In this document: piece by piece, positions 62,259 through 64,000 of the stretch
How the letters are laid out: every line of letters begins with the position of its first letter
Position numbering within the stretch: position 1 is the first letter of the stretch
Origin: an uncultured cyanobacterium
GTDB lineage: Bacteria > Cyanobacteriota > Cyanobacteriia > PCC-6307 > Cyanobiaceae
Assembly: GCA_963765575.1 (NCBI GenBank)
Contig: CAVXWZ010000001.1
Location: 288,001-352,000 of the forward strand
Direction of reading: 5' to 3'
DNA: 64,000 bases
Notes under the pieces: generated by a model
Told to the model about the DNA's origin: nothing
What the model saw: the letters and a program-made list of their open reading frames with translations, nothing else
Databases searched by the model: none
Made by a program: the position numbers and the translations under genes

Positions 62259-63191
62259 TCATGCGGCGCTGCCCTGGGCCGGCAGGGCCAGGGCGGACAG
62301 ATCGGCCAGCAGCTGGCGATGCACGTTCAGGTAGCCGTGGTCGAGGTGCTGCAGATGGGGAGCGATCAGCTGGTGGGCCGCCGGCAGGGCGTGGAAGGGC
62401 AGCGAGGGATAGAGGTGGTGCTCGGCGTGGAAGGGCATGTTCCACATCAGCCAGCGCACCGGCGCGGTGGTGAGGGTGGTGCGGGTGTTGCTGGTGCCAT
62501 CGGCGCTGAAGCTGCAGCCGCTGTGTTCCGCCAGCAACAGAAAGCGCAGGACGGGTTGGCCGATGGCCAGGGGCAGCAGCCAGAACCAGAGCAGGAAGCC
62601 GTTGGCGCCGATCAGCGAGAGCAGCGCCAGCACCCCGACCACCCCGGCCTGGAGCCAGGCCGAGCGGCGCACCTGGGGGATCACCTGGGGGTTGAGGTAG
62701 GGCACGGAGGCGAGATCACCCCAGAGCAGGCGGGCATGGCCGCGCAGCTTGCCGGTCCACCAGTTGCAGCCACTGAGTTCGCGGAGGTAGCCGGCCGCGG
62801 AGGTCGGTGCCGGGTCGTCGAGCTCGGGATCGAGCCCCGGCTGATGGGTGTAGCGGTGGTGCCACTGGTGGTAGCGGCGGTAGGCGGTGGCGTTGTAAAA
62901 GCTCAGCAGCCCCAGAAGCCAGGCCGCGGCGTCGTTCACCCGCCTGTTGCGGAAGGCGGTGCGATGGCTGCATTCATGCAGGCCCGCGAAGCTGGTGGCC
63001 AGCGCCACCCCCAGGGCGACCAGCCCGACGAGACGCAGCCCCAGGGGCAGGGCCGCCGACCCCCACAGCAGGCCGGCCCCAGCGATCAGCCCCAGGTGGC
63101 CCGCCAGCCGCCAGGCCGCCGGGCCGTTGCGCAGTCCGTTGAGTTCCGCCAGGCGGGAACGTGCGATCAGCTCGGGTACGGGCGCGGCCAT
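62259..63191 (-). CDS. Membrane di-iron oxygenase/desaturase (MocD/RtxC-like subgroup of the fatty-acid-desaturase superfamily)
   Basis: His boxes HECSH, HQWHH, AEH and NMPFHAEHH...PFHALP. Confidence 0.85.
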   Translation of the reverse strand: MAAPVPELIARSRLAELNGLRNGPAAWRLAGHLGLIAGAGLLWGSAALPLGLRLVGLVALGVALATSFAGLHECSHRTAFRNRRVNDAAAWLLGLLSFYNATAYRRYHQWHHRYTHQPGLDPELDDPAPTSAAGYLRELSGCNWWTGKLRGHARLLWGDLASVPYLNPQVIPQVRRSAWLQAGVVGVLALLSLIGANGFLLWFWLLPLAIGQPVLRFLLLAEHSGCSFSADGTSNTRTTLTTAPVRWLMWNMPFHAEHHLYPSLPFHALPAAHQLIAPHLQHLDHGYLNVHRQLLADLSALALPAQGSAA

Positions 63192-63260
63192 GGGGGGGAG
63201 CTGGGGGGAACGCAGTGCGGCGCGAGTTGTCATCACAGCAGCGCCGCGGGCAGCGCTGCG

Positions 63261-63274
63261 GTAGGCGTTGCCAC
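63261..63274 (-). promoter_or_regulatory. Putative NtcA-like box GTG-N8-TAC
   Basis: Minus strand GTGGCAACGCCTAC, 70 nt upstream of the desaturase ATG; a weak -10-like TGTGAT lies 23 nt downstream. Confidence 0.35.
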
Positions 63275-63391
63275 GGAGGTGGAATCCGGCCTTTCAGGTG
63301 GGCCCCGGCCACTGGGGAGGAACCTAGTGTTGAGAAACCAATGCTGCCCCCACCGGCGCCCTGCGCTGTCCGGCCGTTTCTTGCCCTGTCC

Positions 63392-63592
63392 ATGGCGACC
63401 TCTCTGTTCATCAGCCCCTCCGAGGCCCTGCCCGGGGACAGCGCCGACCCCAGGCGGCCGGCGCTGATTGCCTCCCTGCGCAGCCGTTACGCCGCCGCGG
63501 AGCTCCGCCAGGATGCCGCCGCCAAGCAGGAGCTGTTCCGCGAGGCGGTGTATCTCGGCATCCGGCCCGAGGATTTCACCCCCCCGGGCTGA
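63392..63592 (+). CDS. 66-aa hypothetical helical protein
   Basis: MATSLFIS...LIASLRSRYAAAELRQDAAAKQELFREAVYLGI; divergent from the desaturase. Confidence 0.6.
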   Translation: MATSLFISPSEALPGDSADPRRPALIASLRSRYAAAELRQDAAAKQELFREAVYLGIRPEDFTPPG

Positions 63593-64000
63593 GCAGCGGG
63601 TCCAGGCCCCGCAGGCAGCTGGCCAGTTCCTCGCGCAGGTCGAGGAATTTCCGTGAAACCCGCAGGTGGCGCAGGTCGGAGCGGTCCAGCTCCACCGCCA
63701 CCGAGCGCACGATGCGGCCGGGGTTGGGCGCCAGGATGTGCACCTCGCCGGCCAGCAGCAGGGCCTCCTCCAGGTCGTGGGTGATCAGCAGGGCGGACAG
63801 GCCCGTGCGCTGCCAGAGGTTGTGCATGAACTCCTGCATCGATTCGCGGATCTGCAGATCCAGGGCACCGAAGGGCTCATCGAGCAGCAGCACCCGGGGT
63901 TGGGCGGCCAGGGCGCGGGCGATGGCCACCCGCTGCTGCATGCCGCCGGAGAGCTCCCGCGGCAGCCGCCGGGCCGCGTCGGCCAGCCCCACCACCTCCA
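63576..64000 (-). CDS. NitT/TauT-family ABC ATP-binding protein (3' part)
   Basis: LSGGMQQRV, LLDEPFGALD, ITHDLEEA, PGRI; runs off the window. Confidence 0.92.
   Translation of the reverse strand, partial: EVVGLADAARRLPRELSGGMQQRVAIARALAAQPRVLLLDEPFGALDLQIRESMQEFMHNLWQRTGLSALLITHDLEEALLLAGEVHILAPNPGRIVRSVAVELDRSDLRHLRVSRKFLDLREELASCLRGLDPLLSPGG

Noticed and set aside
1..64000. CRISPR arrays, tRNA, rRNA or known riboswitches
   Set aside because: No repeat-spacer periodicity, cloverleaf or riboswitch consensus was visible in the intergenic regions. A covariance-model search was not possible.
1..64000. Scattered GCGATCGC (HIP1) octamers
   Set aside because: A handful occur inside genes; enrichment over the GC-rich background cannot be shown without counting.

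Overview
A GC-rich, gene-dense 64 kb segment of an alpha-picocyanobacterium. A Cyanobium/Synechococcus-like origin is inferred from psb30, acsF, a proteobacterial-type PRK and the fba-accD-prk-leuB-lpxD-proB gene order. About 57 kb is core housekeeping DNA (mnmH, phnCDE-like ABC, aminotransferase, UDG, ispG, S41 protease, mfd, DEAD-box helicase, fmt, tldD/pmbA, acsF, ubiX, RNB-family protein, recJ, rpmF, ftsH, thrC-like/moaD, UPF0182, fba, accD, pilD, prk, leuB, lpxD, proB, ruvX, PIN-PhoH). I saw no rRNA, tRNA or CRISPR array. Five things stand out. (1) At the right end is a minus-strand cluster of a MocD/RtxC-like membrane di-iron oxygenase, a MetX-fold hydrolase and a GlnT/GmaS-type gamma-glutamyl ligase. 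It lies behind an NtcA-like box and next to a NitT/TauT ABC ATPase, and is the best candidate for an undescribed organic-nitrogen scavenging pathway. (2) A decayed integron integrase with an attI-like site borders that cluster. (3) A threonine-synthase-like gene paired with a MoaD/ThiS sulfur carrier sits behind an Rrf2/IscR-type palindrome. (4) A two-gene accessory cassette at 6.3-7.7 kb has a perfect GTA-N8-TAC box. (5) There is a probably inactive RNase R-like protein, two +1 frameshifts (possibly sequencing errors) and two likely non-canonical start codons. All family calls come from motif recognition only; no database search was run.
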